Shown here: positions 62,327 to 64,000 of the stretch, piece by piece
How positions within the stretch are numbered: position 1 is the stretch's first letter
Layout of the letters: every line of letters starts with the position of its first letter
NCBI GenBank assembly: GCA_000004695.1
Contig: CM000151.3
Span: 4,256,001-4,320,000 of the forward strand
Source of the DNA: Dictyostelium discoideum
Taxonomy: Eukaryota
DNA length: 64,000 bases
Direction of reading: 5' to 3'
Notes under the pieces: model-generated
The model's input: only the letters and a program-made list of their open reading frames with translations
Told to the model about the DNA's origin: nothing
The model's database searches: none
Program-made: the position numbers and the translations under genes

Positions 62327-63805
62327 GTAAATGATGCCGGTATTAAATATGTATTATCTATACCATTATATAAAATATTATCGCTATTATTTTCAATGTT
62401 ATTATTGGTGCTATTATTATTGTTGTTGTTGTTATTATTATTACTATTTACTATTGTATCAAAATTGGTATTTCTATTATCTAAATCTAATTTTACATTA
62501 AAATCACTTAACTGAGTTGATGGTGTAGCAACATCTCCTGTTGTTGAAGAGGTTGTGGTGTTGTTGTTGGTGATTGGTGTTAAACTATTATTATTATTGG
62601 TAGTAGTGGTGGTGGTGGTGGTAGTTGGTATTAAAATATTATTATTAATATTATTACTATTTGGAGTATTTGGAGAAATTATTGGAGTTATTGGTGTTAT
62701 TGGTGTTGGTGTTGGTGTTGGTGGTTGTTCAACAATACGTTCACTATTTGAATGTTTTTGAATTATCATTTGATAATCATCTGGAGAACCAGGTGGTGAT
62801 TCATCCATTGGTGATATGAAACTTGATGTTTTTGATCTATTAATTAATCTATTATTGATTGGATGATTCGATGATATTAAAGCACCACTATTTAAGCTAT
62901 CAGTACTAACATTTGAAGAAACATTAACATTGTTTATAATTGGATAATCATTACTCAATAATCTAATTGTAACCAAATCACAAATTGCTCTAGTATTATC
63001 TGAATCGCTAATAATTGTATGTGTATCTATAGTACTAAAAATTGAACCATCACGATGTTTATAAACTTGTGCCAACTCAAATGATTTCTTTTCTGATAAG
63101 TCTAATCTATGTTGTTGAAATAAATTCATTGTTTTTTCAATTAAATTCGGATGTGTAATTTCTGTCCATGGTTTACCAATTAACTCATTCTAATTAAAAA
63201 ATAAAAAATTAATATTTATTTATTTATTTATTTATTTATTTATATTTGTAACATGGGGTAAAATGAAATTTATATATATTTATATTTATTTATATTTATA
63301 TATATTTATATTTATTTATATTTATTTATATTTATTTATATTTATATACTTACTTGAGAATAACCTAATAATTCACAAAAACTATTTGAACAATTTATAA
63401 CGATTGGTGGTAATTTTAAAAGATCAACAACCATGAAAACATTTTGAAAGTAATCTGATGAGTCTGTTGATTGGTGGTGATGATGATGATGATGAAGATG
63501 TTTTGATTGTTGATTTCTTGGATAAGATAAGGAACTATCATTTGTATTAATATCAGATGAGTGATGAGCAAATTTCGATTGAAGTAATTGTTGTTGTTGT
63601 TGTTGTTGTTGTGAAGATGGTGTAATGTGTTCATTTGTTGTTAGCATACTTAATTTCGCCAATAATGTCTCATTAACAATTTCTAATTTTTCATTTCTAT
63701 TTCTTAAATTTACTAATTCTTCATATATCTTTTTTTGTCCATCTTTTAATTCCCTTAATTCACTAATTAATAAATTTGCAATACCATTCTAAAAAATAAA
63801 TAAAA

Positions 63806-63854
<49 letters not shown>

Positions 63855-64000
63855 TTAATAAACAAATAAATAAAATCTAAAATTTAAAATATATATTATA
63901 ATTAAAAAAAAAAAAAAAAAAAAAAAAATACATACTTGGTCGGATTTTACTATATCTGATGGATTATTACTGTTATTATTATTATTATTATTATTATTAA
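61924..64000 (-). CDS. PAS-domain protein with an upstream leucine-zipper-like coiled coil (bZIP/PAS-type regulator?). 3' part only, the 5' end is outside the window. Exons >64000..63936, 63788..63354, 63189..61924
   Basis: Heptad Leu segment ELRELKDGQKKIYEELVNLRNRNEKLEIVNETLLAKLSML. PAS core FMVVDLLKLPPIVINCSNSFCELLGYSQ|NELIGKPWTEITHPNLIEKTMNLFQQHRLDLSEKKSFELAQVYKHRDGSIFSTIDTHTII. GTAAGT and GTATGT donors, phases 0. His-, Gln-, Asn- and Thr-rich low-complexity C-terminus. Confidence 0.65.

Overview
This window is AT-rich (about 75-80% A+T), full of Asn/Gln/Ser/Thr homopolymer coding tracts, and its introns are short and AT-rich with GTAAGT/GTATGT/GTAAAT donors and AG acceptors. It is therefore nuclear DNA of a dictyostelid social amoeba (Dictyostelium discoideum-like), not a prokaryote, and the ORF track was reinterpreted as spliced eukaryotic genes. 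About 24 protein-coding genes could be reconstructed by hand, most with one or two introns. In order along the window they are:
- a small secreted protein;
- a Sac-domain phosphoinositide phosphatase;
- two low-complexity hypothetical proteins;
- a membrane protein with an EGF-like N-terminus and multiple transmembrane segments;
- two tandem, disrupted genes for LRR-containing surface proteins with a GPI-anchor-like C-terminus;
- HMG-CoA synthase;
- a CobW/COG0523 GTPase;
- Rad9 (checkpoint clamp);
- a kinesin with a central motor and a C-terminal transmembrane tail (Kif9-like);
- the G-protein gamma subunit;
- an RNA-binding protein with three RRMs;
- Rrs1;
- Nap1/NCKAP1 (SCAR/WAVE complex);
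- a divergent oxysterol-binding protein;
- a tandem array of four type II membrane sulfotransferases of the HS6ST-like (Sulfotransfer_2) kind;
- Pex19;
- an F-box-like hypothetical protein;
- Listerin/Ltn1;
- the 3' part of a leucine-zipper plus PAS-domain protein.
No tRNA, rRNA, CRISPR array or clear transposon was found. The most unusual structures are the four-gene sulfotransferase array, which carries blocks of 100% nucleotide identity indicating gene conversion, and the rearranged LRR gene pair, which contains an internal inverted duplication and in-frame disruptions. All coordinates come from manual reading of the sequence, and splice junctions may be off by 1-3 nt.
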